This document shows positions 46,655-59,730 of a stretch of DNA of 64,000 bases, one piece after another. The position numbers were made by a program, and so were the translations under genes. Numbering within the stretch: position 1 is the first letter of the stretch; every line of letters begins with the position of its first letter. The stretch comes from Octopus sinensis (lineage: Eukaryota): NCBI RefSeq assembly GCF_006345805.1, contig NC_043007.1, forward strand, positions 21,018,001 through 21,082,000, read 5' to 3'. The notes under the pieces are model-generated. The model did not search any database, was not told where the DNA came from, and saw only the letters and a list, made by a program, of their open reading frames with translations.

Positions 46655-46810
46655 CAAATCTGATTGGACAGATATGCAGTGACGTCATCACTAAGAAGTT
46701 CAGGGATTGTTTAATGCAGAAATTTGATTGGTTAGATTTTTGCTGATGTCATCGCTTAATTTACCAAAATTCTGACGGTTCGTTTTGAAAGATTTTCCCG
46801 ATTGGAAAAC
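46655..46810. promoter_or_regulatory. Promoter/enhancer-like motif cluster: three ATTGG (CCAAT on minus) plus a TGACGTCA CRE
   Basis: ATTGG at 46663, 46727 and 46801; TGACGTCA at 46680-46687; TGATGTCA at 46744-46751; sequence is non-repetitive. Confidence 0.35.
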
Positions 46811-48150
46811 AAGTCCCAGGTTCAAGTCAAAGTATAGGCTTGTTTTAATTGTAATTAATTACGAGAAGACAAATCTCACCGATGCAAACTTCAAAGGCAA
46901 AACATAACAAACAAGTATTAATTAGTTCTTAATGTATGTCCACATGGAGTGGATGACTGATTGACCGACTGCATGTCTACATGTGTGCTTGTGTGTGTGT
47001 GTGTGTGGGGGGGATAAACCATTGCATAAGAAGGATTAAACTTGAAAGCTTCATCTCCACAATACTCCATCCTTTTCCAAACAACACTAAGGATGGAAAT
47101 GAATTCAGCATTATAAGCTGACCACCACTGCTTGACAACTGGTACTAATGTGTTTACCCCCCCCCCTCATAACTTAGTGGTTCAGCAAAAAAGATTGATA
47201 GAATAAGTATGTCGATTTCGTTTTTGGATTTGGTTTGCAAGATTCTTTATATGAGTTTGTGTGTTGAAGTATACTCTGTTGTGTCTGGGGAGAGTCATTT
47301 TCTTTTTGTGCCTAATAATTTAACACACTCACCGGTAAAATTTCCACTTTTTTCTTATTTTATTATTTTTTATTTATATTTATATTTTTTTATTTTTTTA
47401 TCTTATTTTTTTTTTTCCTATGTTGATTTGTTTGACCAGAATTCTGCAAGGGAGTGCCCCTGCATGGCCACATTCTAATGACTGAAAGAAGTAAAAGTTA
47501 AAAAGATAAAATCTAACACAACCTTTGTTATGGATTGGCTGAACCATTAGAGTGTTGGACAAATGCCTTACAGTATTTAGTTACAACCCCTTTCGTTCTG
47601 GGTTCAAGCCCTGCTAAGGTCAACTTTGTCCTTCTTTTTGATGGGATGAATTTAATTGACCATCTTCATAATTCTTTAACTCCATGTGAAGCATAAGACA
47701 TAAAGAGATTTCCATTTGTTTTGATCCTTGGTAACTGATTGCAGTTATCTTTAGGTGTAGCTGCCTGCCAGCGCTCTGGTTTCTATGGACCTTTTCCTTA
47801 TTGATTTGCCTGGTGCCAAAATTAGGGCAATTATTATACCATCATATACAATATCTCTAACTCTTATCTGTGTTTCAGTCATTGGACTACAGCCATGTGC
47901 TGGGGTACGGCTCTGAAAAGGTTAACTGTACAGGTAATGTCAATTTGATGGCGAGAGTGAGATTATGTGAACACGAACATTTGATCACTATAAACAAATC
48001 ATCTGTGTGGTTGTTAAGAAAGAAACTGAAAGACACTCATCCGTTACCTAACAATGGAAGAATCCATAATACACACACACACATGTTGTGTACAAATGAT
48101 TGTGTGGGTGCAGATGTAGGTGTGTTTGTGTAACAGATACATACACATAA

Positions 48151-48385
48151 ACCTATTTCTTTACTACCCACAAGGGGCTAAACACAGAGGGGACAAATAA
48201 GGACAGACAAACGGATCAAGTCGATTACATCGACCCCAGTGCGTAACTGGTACTCAATTAATCGACCCCGAAAGGATGAAAGGCAAAGTTGACCTCGCAG
48301 AATTTGAACTGAGAACGTAACGGCAGACGAAATACCGCTAAGCATTTCACCCGGCATGCTAACGATTCTGCCAGCTTGCCGCCTT
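48151..48385 (-). mobile_element. Full SINE B
   Basis: Family B; atacacata flanks both sides. Confidence 0.9.
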
Positions 48386-49533
48386 CGTATATATACACAT
48401 ATAGCATCAATTAGTAGGTGCAATAGACAGCACTATTCAATAGTGCACCCTCAGATTTATAGTGACATATTTATTTTGAAACTCCACTTTAACATTATTA
48501 CATATTAATGACCACCCAAAATATCCTAAAACACCCCCAGGCACTAAACCCTGGCGACGGGCCTGGTGGTTCCATATGGTAGGCTTTCTTTTAGCTTTCA
48601 CTAAGTTGCTTCACAGCCTCTGAGGATTACCTCAACTTAATCCCCAGAGACTGCTCTGTTGTGTTTCAGTAACATTGTCAAAATTGATAGAGCTGATTGT
48701 TAACCCTACGCCTATTGCCCTCCACCTTTCTCGACTGGGCTCGAGACCAGCTGTGGCAGAGTTTTAATCAACTATACTCTCTTCCAAAAATGTGTGGCCT
48801 TGTGCCAATATCAGAAATCAGTTATGCCATCTTCCAAAGATGGTAAAGTAGCAGAACGGCAGAGTGCCAGAATTAAATACTTAACTTCATTTAATTTTGT
48901 TCTTTATTTTTCTAGGTTCAAAGCCTTCCTGTAATCAGTTTTGCTTTTCGTCCCTCGACACCCATGACATACACTGGATCAATTTAACTGGCTAGACATT
49001 ATTTCATGACCTCTTTCCCCTGTTTATCCTCTTCTGATAAGTTGTAGTACATCTGACCACAATATACAATAAGCTCATTATATTATTTCTTCTACGCAGA
49101 TCTGTGTCCTAGTGACAATGTGAGAATAATATTCAATAATCAATGACTGATTATACAATAAATATATCAGGATACAATGCAGACACCTTAAAATAAATAA
49201 TTTGTTGTAACAACAATATTTAAGATAATTGAACTAAAAAATCTTCATTCAAGAAGTGAATATAAAAAATACATTTAAAAGTATTAATAAATTTACTGCT
49301 CCTATTATTATAAATTATATGCTGGCCTGGTGCCAAAATTAGGGCAATTATTATACCATCAAATACAATATCTCTACCTCTTATCTATGTTTCAGTCATT
49401 GGACTACAGCCATGTGCTGGGGTATGGCCCTGAAAAGGTTAGTTAATCAAGTCAATCTTAGTACTTAATTTTTAAAGTCTGGTATTTATTCTATTGATCT
49501 CCTTTTGCCAAATAGCTAAGTTTCAGGCACATA

Positions 49534-50023
49534 TATATTTCTTTATTGCCCACAAGGAGCTAAACGTAGAGGGGACAAACAAGGACAGAAAAAAGGATTA
49601 TGTCGATTACATTGACTGAAGTGCGAAACTGGTACTTTATTTATCAACCCCGAAAGGATGAAAGGCAAAGTCGACCTTGGTGGAATTTAAACTCAGAACG
49701 TAATGAAAAACGAAATACCGCTACGCATTTCGCCTGGTGCGCTAACGTGTCTGCCAGCTTGCCACCCCTAAAAATGCACCTTTTTTAAAGCCTAGCCAGA
49801 CTCATGGGCCCGGTTTCCTGGTTTCAATGACGTGTGTGTTCCCCAGCTGGACAGAATGCCAGTCCATCGCAGCATTACTCATTTTTGCCAGCTGAGTGGA
49901 CTGGAGCAACGTGAAATGAAGTGTTTTGCTCAAGAACACAATGCATCATCCAGTCCAGGAACCGAAACCACAATCTTACAATCATGATGCTGACACCCTA
50001 ACCACTAAGCCATGCGCCTCCGT
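49534..50023 (-). mobile_element. SINE D-related plus SINE B head-to-tail dimer under a single 17-bp TSD
   Basis: TAAGTTTCAGGCACATA at 49517-49533 and 50024-50040. Confidence 0.8.
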
Positions 50024-50380
50024 TAAGTTTCAGGCACATAAACAAACCAATACAAATAGTGGTAGAGGGTCAAACACAAACGTAAACATGCATAGACGCA
50101 TGTGCGTGCACACATGCATTACAGCATCCAGTAAATGAAACACTTGTGCACCTGTACAGGTAATGTCAGTTTGATGGCGAGAGTGAGATTATGTGAATAC
50201 AAACATTTGATCACTATAAACAAATCATCTGTGTGGTTGTTAAGAAAGAAACTGAAACACGCTCATCCGTTACCTAACAATGGAAGAATCCATAATACAC
50301 ACACACACACACATGTTGTGTACAATTGATTGTGTGGTTGCAGATGTAGGTGTGTTTGTGTAACAGATACATACACATTT

Positions 50381-50797
50381 AAGGCGGCGAGCTGGCAGAA
50401 ACGTTAGCACGCCGGGCGAAATGCTTAGCGGTATTTCGTCTGCCGTTATGTTCTGAGTTCAAATTCCGCCGAGGTCGACTTTGCCTTTCATCCTTTTGGG
50501 GTCGATTAAATAAGTACCAGTTACTCACTGGGGTCGATGTAATCGACTTAATCCATTTGTCTGTCCCTGTTTGTCCCTTCTATGTTTAGCCCCTCGTGGG
50601 TAATAAAGAAATAGGTATTTTGTCTGCTGCTACGTTCTGAGTTCAAATTCCGCCGAGGTCGACTTTGCCTTTCATCCTTTCGGGGTCGATTAAATAAGTA
50701 CTAGTTACTCACTGGGGTCGATATAATCGACTTAATCCATTTGTCTGTCCTTGTTTGTCCCTTCTATGTTTAGCCCCCTTGTGGGTAGTAAAAAATA
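50381..50797 (+). mobile_element. Full SINE B (50381-50613) followed by a 5'-truncated tandem copy
   Basis: aaggcggcgagctggcagaaacgttagc head; the body is repeated. Confidence 0.9.
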
Positions 50798-51004
50798 GGT
50801 ATATACACATACACCATGAAGATCATGATCATCATCATCATCATCATCATTTTTACATCTTTTTCATGCTGGCATTTATGAGACATCATTTGCAATCTAG
50901 AGTCCCTTTTTGATGCTAACCCTTTTAGTTGCCCCTTACAAAATCCAGAGGGATAAGGGTATTGAGTACCTGTTATAAAATCCAAGATAGGCACAGTATG
51001 CATA

Positions 51005-51380
51005 GGCATGGCTGTGGGGTAAGAAGCTTGCTTCCCAACCACATGGTTCTGGGTTCAGTCCCGCTACATGGCACCTTGGGCAAGTGTCTTTTACTACAGC
51101 CTCAGACAGACCAAAGCCTTGTGAGTGGATTTGGTAGACGGAAACTGAAAGAAGCCCATCATATGTATTTATGTATGTATATATTTATGTGAGCGTGTGT
51201 CTGTGTTTGTCCCCCAACATCACTTGACAACTGATGGTGGTGTGTTTACGTCCTCATAACTTAGTGGTTTGGCAAAAGAGACCAATAAATTAAGTACTGG
51301 GCTATCAAAGAATAAGTCCTGGGGTCGATTTGCTCGACTAAAGGCAGTGCTCCAGCATGGCCGCAGTCAAATAAGTAAAG
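51005..51380 (+). mobile_element. SINE A
   Basis: Family A sequence. Confidence 0.85.
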
Positions 51381-52030
51381 TGTATATGTGTGTGTGTGTG
51401 TGCATGTGTGTGTGTGTGTGTGTGTGTGTGCATGTGTGTGTGTGTGGTGTGTGTGTGTGTGGTGTGTGTGTGTGTGTGTGTGTGTAGAAGGTAAAAAACA
51501 ATGCGTATGATATAGTTTGATACAGTTTCTATGCGAGCACGCAATCTGCCAGAAATAGCAGCCAAATCACCAGCCAATATCACCTCACAATCTTAAACAA
51601 AGCAGAAGGACACAGTGGACAATGTATTCATATTTACACTATGCCCATAAACAGATGATGTGGGCATGGTTGGAACACCTTTGAAAATAATTTCGATCGA
51701 TCAGAGTTCAAGCAGGGCCAAACTGTGATGGTTTCATGAGTTTAAATCTATTGGTTGCGTTTCATTGTGTCTCTGTGTAGAACATTATATCATAACACTG
51801 GCACCGTCCACCTCGGTAAAAAGAGAAAGTCAATAAAAGGCTGGCAAAGCATTGATACACCTTTTGTTATGTAAAGTTAAATACATAATGGAATATAGAG
51901 TTCAGCTGAGTGAACAGGATGAATAAACATTTATCTTCTATTGAGGCATAGATATGTATAAGTGTCTGGGTGGGTGGCTGGGTGGCTGGTTGAGTGAGGT
52001 GTATGTGTATGTCTGTGTTTGTCCCCCCCA

Positions 52031-52074
<44 letters not shown>

Positions 52075-52115
52075 GGGGGGGGACAAACACAGACACACAA
52101 ACATACACACACATT

Positions 52116-52445
52116 CTTTTACTAGTTTCAGTCATTTGACTGTGGCCATGCTGGAGCACCACCTTTAGTCGAGCAAATCGACCCCAGGACTTATTCTTTG
52201 TAAGCCTAGTACTTATTCTATCAGTCTCTTTTGCCAAACTGCTGAGTTACAGGGATGTAAACACATACACACACACACACATACACATATATAGACAGTT
52301 TCTGTTTACCAAATCCACTCACAAGGCTTTGGTTGGCCCAAGGCTATAGTAGAAGACACTTGCCCAAGGTGCTACGCAGTGGGACTGAACCCAGAACCAT
52401 GTGGTTGGTAAGCAAGCTACTTACCACACAGCCACTCCTGCACCA
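52116..52445 (-). mobile_element. SINE A with internal deletion
   Basis: Family A sequence. Confidence 0.85.
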
Positions 52446-52479
52446 ATATATATATATATTGTAATGTCAGTGTGCATAC

Positions 52480-53020
52480 ATGACAGAATGTAAGTGCCCT
52501 GAGAGAAAAGTTGGTCATGAGAAGCATCAGATGTGGTGTGCAAGAGAGACGACTGCACTGGTATGGTCATGTGTTGCATATGGATGAGGACAGCTGTGTT
52601 AAGAGGTGTCACACCCTAACAGTAGACGGAACCTGTGGAAGAGGAAGACCCAGGAAGGCATGGGTTGAGGTGGTGAAGCACGACCTTCGAATGTTGGGCC
52701 TCACAGAGGCATTGGCAAGCAAACGAGACTTTTGTAGATATGCTGTGCTTGAGACGACCTGACAAGTCAAGTGAGATCGTAGCCGTGGCCAATGCCAGTG
52801 TCACATAACTGGCCTATTTAAGAGTACCCTTTAATCATCGGGTGATATGCTGTGCTGTAGAAGACCTATTGAACTGAGGGAAATCATAGTCGTGGCTGAT
52901 GCCAGTGCTGCCTGACTGGCACCTGTACCAGTGGAGCATAAATAGCACCATTCAAGCATGGTCGATGCCGGTGCCACCTGAGTGGCACACATGCAAGTGA
53001 CGCATAGAATGCACCATTCG
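52480..53020 (+). mobile_element. RTE-clade LINE fragment: ORF C-terminus (52511-52762) plus start of the 3' UTR
   Basis: ERRLHWYGHVLHMDEDSCVKRC...GRGRPRKAW is the RL.W.GHV.RM...GRGRP..W motif of RTE ORF ends. The downstream sequence shares the gccagtg...ctgactggc sub-repeats of family C. Confidence 0.85.
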
Positions 53021-53021
53021 A

Positions 53022-53058
<37 letters not shown>

Positions 53059-53075
53059 TAGATAGATAGATAGAT

Positions 53076-53114
<39 letters not shown>

Positions 53115-53576
53115 TAGAGACAGATATATATATACTCACACACACATATACATATACACACACTCACGCATATTGTGTCTGTGTGTCTATAATTTATTCC
53201 AACTCAAGTTTCACAATGCAGTTACTGTCAGACAAGTTCTCACCTGGTAATCAATGTAGCATAAAACCCAAAGTTGTGAAAATGGAATTCGGTTTAAATA
53301 ACTCTATACTTTACAGCCTGTGCTGAGTACTGTCTGCACCATTTGGTGAGAAAATGTAACACCTGAGTATCATCATCATCATCACCACCACCACCACCAC
53401 CACCATCATCATCATTATCATCATCATCATCATCATCATCAACATCATTTAGCTTTCTATTTTCCATTTTCCATGCTGGCATGGGTTTGATGGTTTGACA
53501 GAAACTGGGGAGCTGCAGAATTGCCACATGCATATATATGTGTGTGTGTGTGTGTGTGTGTATACACACACATATA

Positions 53577-53633
<57 letters not shown>

Positions 53634-53698
53634 GCATATATATATTTATTTATATACACACATATACATATATATGTATGTATGTATGTGTATGAATG

Positions 53699-53731
<33 letters not shown>

Positions 53732-55336
53732 CCACCACCACCATCATCATCTATATATATATAAACTGGTGGCTAATATTTTAATATAAATGATATTTTG
53801 TCTCATATTTGTGCCTATAATGCAAAATATGTGTGTCTGTGTATCCTTACATTTATGCACACATATAACCATATACTATATATAAGTATAGATATTCATA
53901 TATACAACAGACACATAAGCTAATAAAGCTTCTCGTTAGTAATTTAACCTGTACATTGTGATGGTTAAGTCATGTCGTGTCCCCTCGCAAATTCCTTTCA
54001 ACTTTAAAGCGAAGAAGTTAAATATTTCGTGATTTAGATGTGACGATTATCTTTCCCCTAAAATCATGGTTGTATGGCTACAGCTGAGAACATTGAATGG
54101 CTTAGAAAGTTCAAAGGCGGATCAGCACAGCAAGATATTCTAAAATCATGATATTCCAAAGGTTTAGGACCTGTGCGTAATGGACATAAGAAATATTCTT
54201 TGATCTCACTTCATTGTCAGATAATATTGTTTATGGAGAATTGACTGGGTTTGGGTCAACTCCATAAGATCTACAACAACAGCTACCACACCAATAACAG
54301 CTACACATGTACTACAAATATATCGACTAATGTAACATATGGTACACACATAGAATTGATTTTTATATAACATGCATTTGTTACATATATTGATTTCATA
54401 AATAACATTTTTCTGTTAGAAGTCTATCTGGTTTTTGATGTAACTTGCTTATAATGTCATGGTATTTTTGGAAAGACCTATGCTAAAATCATTTCCTGTT
54501 GTCTTCTCCAGGCAGGAATGAAGCCCAACGATTCAGAGAAACAATAATTGCAACTTTTTATTTGTCTATTTTTTCAGTGACCCAATTGATGAAAGAGAGA
54601 GAGGTAAAACAATTTTCTGAAATCAAATGTGGGTCACAGACTCAACTTACAAGGATCCCACTTCTATCCTACACCACTAACCTATAATGTTTCCAATATT
54701 ATATTTCTGATAGCACAAAGCTGTCTTAACAGCTTTATAGGCCACCAGGCAAAACAATGCACTGGGGACCCTACATATACAACCACAGCTGACATAGGGT
54801 CCCTAGACATGAGCTAACAAAGGATCCTATTCATGGTCGGTTGGCTTGCTAGAAACAGCAACCAAATCTCCTTCAAATCATACCCTATCATCTTAAAAGA
54901 CAAAAGGACACATTGAATAATGTAATCCACAGTTTGGCAGAAATGGGTAGGACAATCGCTGATGGATTGCCTTTGATAATATGCATGCTCAGTCAAGTTA
55001 CCTGGGATCAAACAACAATTACAGGTAATATTTGTTTGGTTTTCAGTAACCCAACAGAAAATTTAAACAGAGCTGCAACCTCATTTAAGAACTGCTAATT
55101 CTGTGAGCTCATTCTGCTGCTTATTGTGGTTGATAATAACAATTAAGGGGACTAAACCAACAGGGTTTATGCATTTGATGGTTTATAAGGCACACATGCT
55201 TATAAGATGCACCTAAATTTTAGCACCTCGGAACACCTTTCAACATTGATCCAAATTTTGACATAGTCTTGAAAGATTTCCATGGACATTTATTTGGGAA
55301 AGAAGCATGCTATCAAGTCTAGTAATTACATAAAAT

Positions 55337-55728
55337 TTAACCCTTTTGTTACCAACCCAGCTGAAACGGGCTCTGGCTCTAAGTACAAATGTCTTGTTTT
55401 CATAAGCTTTGAATTAAAATCTTCCACCAAACCTTAGTCACAATCTCAATAGAAATATGGTAACAAAAGGGTTAAAAGCATTCATGTTGGTGCCATGTAG
55501 AAGGCACTAGTGATGGTGCCACATTAACCCAACCGCCCCTGGCTGAGTGAAAATGTCTTGTTTTCATAAGTTTTGAATTAAAATCTTCCACCAAACCTTA
55601 GTCACAATTTATGTTCCTAACACTTGTTTAATGATAACCAAGTTATTTTACTAAATTCTTTGTTATATTTAAAGCAATTGAAAGAAACGCAGAGCATCTC
55701 AACAGAAATACGGTAACAAAAGGGTTAA
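55337..55728. mobile_element. Two piggyBac-type (TTAA) MITE copies: 55337-55475 (internally deleted) and 55524-55728
   Basis: TTAA-CCCTTTTGTTAC...GTAACAAAAGGG-TTAA termini; internal sequence is shared with 61577-61801. Confidence 0.75.
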
Positions 55729-56064
55729 TAATAATAATAATACACAAACTTCTAATCCCACCAAGATTATCTTTCTTACAATAATTGGCCACTAGGGTTC
55801 TCAATGAGTTTAATAATAATGAGTTTGTTGTACAGTGCTCAGGTGCACTACAACCTATTGGAAAATGGTAAAAGTGGAGACAGAGTACAACAATAAGTTG
55901 AAGAAAGAAATACAGGAATGTGGAGCCAAAAGTACAGAGAATACAACACAAGGTAAAAGAAACGGTGCTGCCTGGGATGCAGTGCAGGGCTGGTGAGTGG
56001 ATGTGAAGTGTGGGTTCTTTAACTGGAAACCTGGGACCCCAATAGCTCAGCTAACAGCAATTCT

Positions 56065-56384
56065 TTAGTAATACATACATACATACGTGCATGCATACAT
56101 ATATACATGCATACATATATATACATGCACATATACATACATATACATGCATACATACATACATATACATGCATACATACATGCATGCATACATATATAT
56201 ACATGCATACATACATGCATACATACATACATGCATACATACATGCATACATACATGCATGCATATATACATATGTACATACATGCATACATGCATACAT
56301 ACATACATGCATACATACATCCATGCATATATACATACATACATATGTACATGCATACATATATATACGCATACATACATACAT

Positions 56385-56421
<37 letters not shown>

Positions 56422-56460
56422 TACATACACACATACATACATACACACATACATAGACAT
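56065..56460. repeat. (CATA)n/(CATG)/(CA)n microsatellite mosaic
   Basis: Visible. Confidence 0.95.
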
Positions 56461-56929
56461 CAACATGAGGAATATTGGTGGTGCTTTCCCATCACAACTT
56501 CTACTAAGTGCAAACATAACTGACCGAATATAAGGTAAGTGTGTACGGTCACAGAGATCAGCTGTCCACCTGATGTGAATATCTTTTTGAAAATCAAAGA
56601 CGATAACTGTGGAAAATTGCGCTGAAGCCTTCAGCTTCTATATTCAGATTATAAATTCACATTTACATCAATAATAATTGACGTGCCTGGCTTTGCTTGT
56701 AAATGCCTAAGTGGCAATCTGTAAAAGCTAATGTTTGCAGAAGAAGAAATCAACCATCTAACAGGCACATTATTAATACAGTCTTGAAGTGGAACAATAG
56801 AAATATGTAAGACTTTTCTCAAGTTCAGAATGTGACATTGTTTTTGTTATCTATATTCCAATGTTGTTGCTTTACAGTATTGTTAGAAACCAGTTCCTTC
56901 CTTACAGGAAGATTTCAAATAATTTGCCA

Positions 56930-58040
56930 GAGCGGCTGTCTGGCTTCCATGCCGGTGCCACGTAAAAAGCACCACCTGAGTGTGATCGCTACCAGCGTCG
57001 CCTTACCGGCACATAAACAAAACATTTGAGTGAGGTCGTTGCCAGTGCCGCTGGACTGATCCTCTGCAGGTGGCATGTAAAAAACACCATTTGAGTGTGG
57101 CCATTGCCAGTACCACCAGACCGGCCCCCGTGCCGGTGGAACGTAAAAGCACCCACTACACTCTTGGATTGGTTGGCATTAGGAAGGGCATCCAGCTGTA
57201 GAAACTCTGCTAGATCAGATTGGAGACTGGTGCAGCCATCTGGTTCACCAGTCCTCAGTCAAATCATCCAACCCATGCTAGCATGGAAAGCGGACGTTAA
57301 CGATGATGATGATGATGATGATGATGATACTGGTATTGATTGCACATATCTTTCTTTAATTAATCCATTTGTTGTCAGATAATCCACTTGAGAAAAGTCT
57401 TACATATTTCTATTGTTCCACTTCAAGACTATATTAGTAATGTGCCTGTTAGATGGTTGGTTTCTTCTTCTGCAACCATTAGCTTTTACAGATTGCCACT
57501 TAGGCATTTACAAGCAAAACCAGGCACCACAATTATTCTGTCAGCTCACCACCTTAAATTCATTATAAATATTAAGGGTTTGATAACCCTCACTAAATCA
57601 CCAGATAGACACAATGGAAATCATTTCAGTGGGCAGTGTCCTTCAATGGAACATCCTCCCCCTCATCATCATCATCATCATCGTTTAACGTCCGCTTTCC
57701 ATGCTAGCATGGGTTGGATGGTTTGACTGAGGACTGGCGAACCAGATGGCTGCACCAGGCTCCAGTCTTGATCTGGCAGAGTTTCTACAGCTGGATGCCC
57801 TTCCTAACGCCAACCACTCCAAGAGTGTAGTGGGTGCTTTTACATGCCACCGTCATGGGGGCCAGTCAGGCAGTACTGGCAATGACCTCGCTCGAGTCTT
57901 TTTACACATGCCAATGGCACAAGTGCCAGTAAGGCGACGCTGGTAACAATCCCGCTGAAATGGTGCCTCTTACATGCCACCGGCACAGAAGCCAGTTAGC
58001 TGCTCTGGCAATGATCACGCTCGTATGGTGCTCGTGCCCG
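56930..58040. mobile_element. Tail-to-tail inverted pair of RTE 3' UTR copies: 56930-57328 (+) and 57665-58040 (-)
   Basis: Both carry the canonical terminus and are highly similar by eye. Confidence 0.85.
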
Positions 58041-58669
58041 TCATCAAATTTCACTTTGATTTTGATTTCGATTTCATTTAATTCTCTATCACTCATTCTG
58101 TCAGGATATAAATAGGCACCATGGTGAGGTGTAGTTAGTTCAACACTAAACATCTGACCTAAATTTTATTCAATACTACATAATAATAATTTATGAGAGT
58201 TTCATTAGCTTTTAGTACTAAAAAGGAGACGACAAAATCACTCAAGTTTATCCAACCTCGAATCACTGTATGAACATTTAATCACTTGTGCTTACTGCAT
58301 CCACCTCTCAACCCTCATCTTTAATCATCTGTCACACTCTTTTCACACTCTGGTACACTCACCTACCCACCCATCTTGTTTGTTCCCCTAACCTATTTCT
58401 TTCACTCTCTCTCTCTCTCATATTCACCTTGTACCTTGACCTCACATTTCTCTCTCTCTCTCTCATTCTCTTTCTCTCTCTCTCTCTCATCCTCTCTTTC
58501 TCTCTCTCTCATTCTCTTTCTCTCTCTTTCTCATCCTCTCTCTCTCTCATCCTCTCATTTTCTCTCTCTCTCTCTCTCTCTCTCACTCTCTCTTCAGCAA
58601 GACACACACTTCTGTCCCTCTTTCATACTTTCTCTTCCCTCAATACTCCATCCTACGTCATTCTTGCCT

Positions 58670-59130
58670 TGTCAAGTACTTGGCAGCCTCACTAGTAATG
58701 GTGCCACAGAAAAAAGCACCCTGTCCACTCCGTGAAGTGGTTGGCATTAGGAAGGGCATTCAATTATAGGAACCATGCCAAAGCAGACATTAGAGCTTGG
58801 TGCACACCTCTGGCTCATCGGTCAATGTCAAACCATCCAGACCATACCAGCAGGGAAAAAGGGACATTAAATGACGATGATAATGAAGATAATATGGTGG
58901 TGGTGGTGGTGCTGCTGCTGCTGATGATGATGATGATGGTGATGGTGATGATGATGCTGATGATGATGACAATGACGATGGTGATGATGATGACGATGGT
59001 GATGATGATGATGATGGTGATGATGACAATGACGATGGTGATGATCATGATGGTGGTGGTGATGATGATGATGGTGATGATGATGACGATGACGATGGTG
59101 ATGATTATGATGATTATGATGAGGATGCTG
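58670..59130 (+). repeat. RTE 3' end (58670-58880) running into a (GAT/GGT)n microsatellite
   Basis: ggacattaaatgacgatgataat followed by trinucleotide repeats. Confidence 0.8.
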
Positions 59131-59730
59131 TTGTTGTCGTTCCAAAGACCTTAATAAATTATGGAAGATTGCTTGCTATAAAGTATATATTTTCAGAACT
59201 TGCCAACGACACTCGGCATTTATCAAAAAGTTGGTAAAACGCCAACCCGAAATGCCTTACAGCACTCCCTTTTTGTTCTTCAATGTTCTGGTTTCAAATA
59301 CCAGTAACAGCCGTCTTTGCCTCTCAGTTCACCTGTCTCATTAAATTAGGAGCCAGGTATGTACATGTGTCATTTCGCCTGACTATACACCCCTGCCCCA
59401 GACACAAATTTGTAGCTTTGTGATAATGAGTGGAATCAATAATTAATAAGTTTATTGCTTTGATGAACAGCAGTCTTACCACCTGGCATAACTGCTCTAA
59501 CCGCTTTTTAATTAGATATTGAATTTTCTCGTGTTACTCTATCAACATGAGTTGATCACAAAAAATTTTAATTTACGAGATTAAAATTTGTTAACCTGTT
59601 AGCACAATAGTATATTATTCAATACAACAAGATTTACATCACCTGAATTAACAAACTAATCTTTTCTAATTTTTGGCAAAGGGCCAACAGTTTTGAGGGG
59701 AAAGTTGATTACATAAATCCCAGTATCTTT

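Noticed and set aside
58867-59145. Poly-His ORF
   Set aside because: It is the antisense reading of a (GAT/GGT)n microsatellite.
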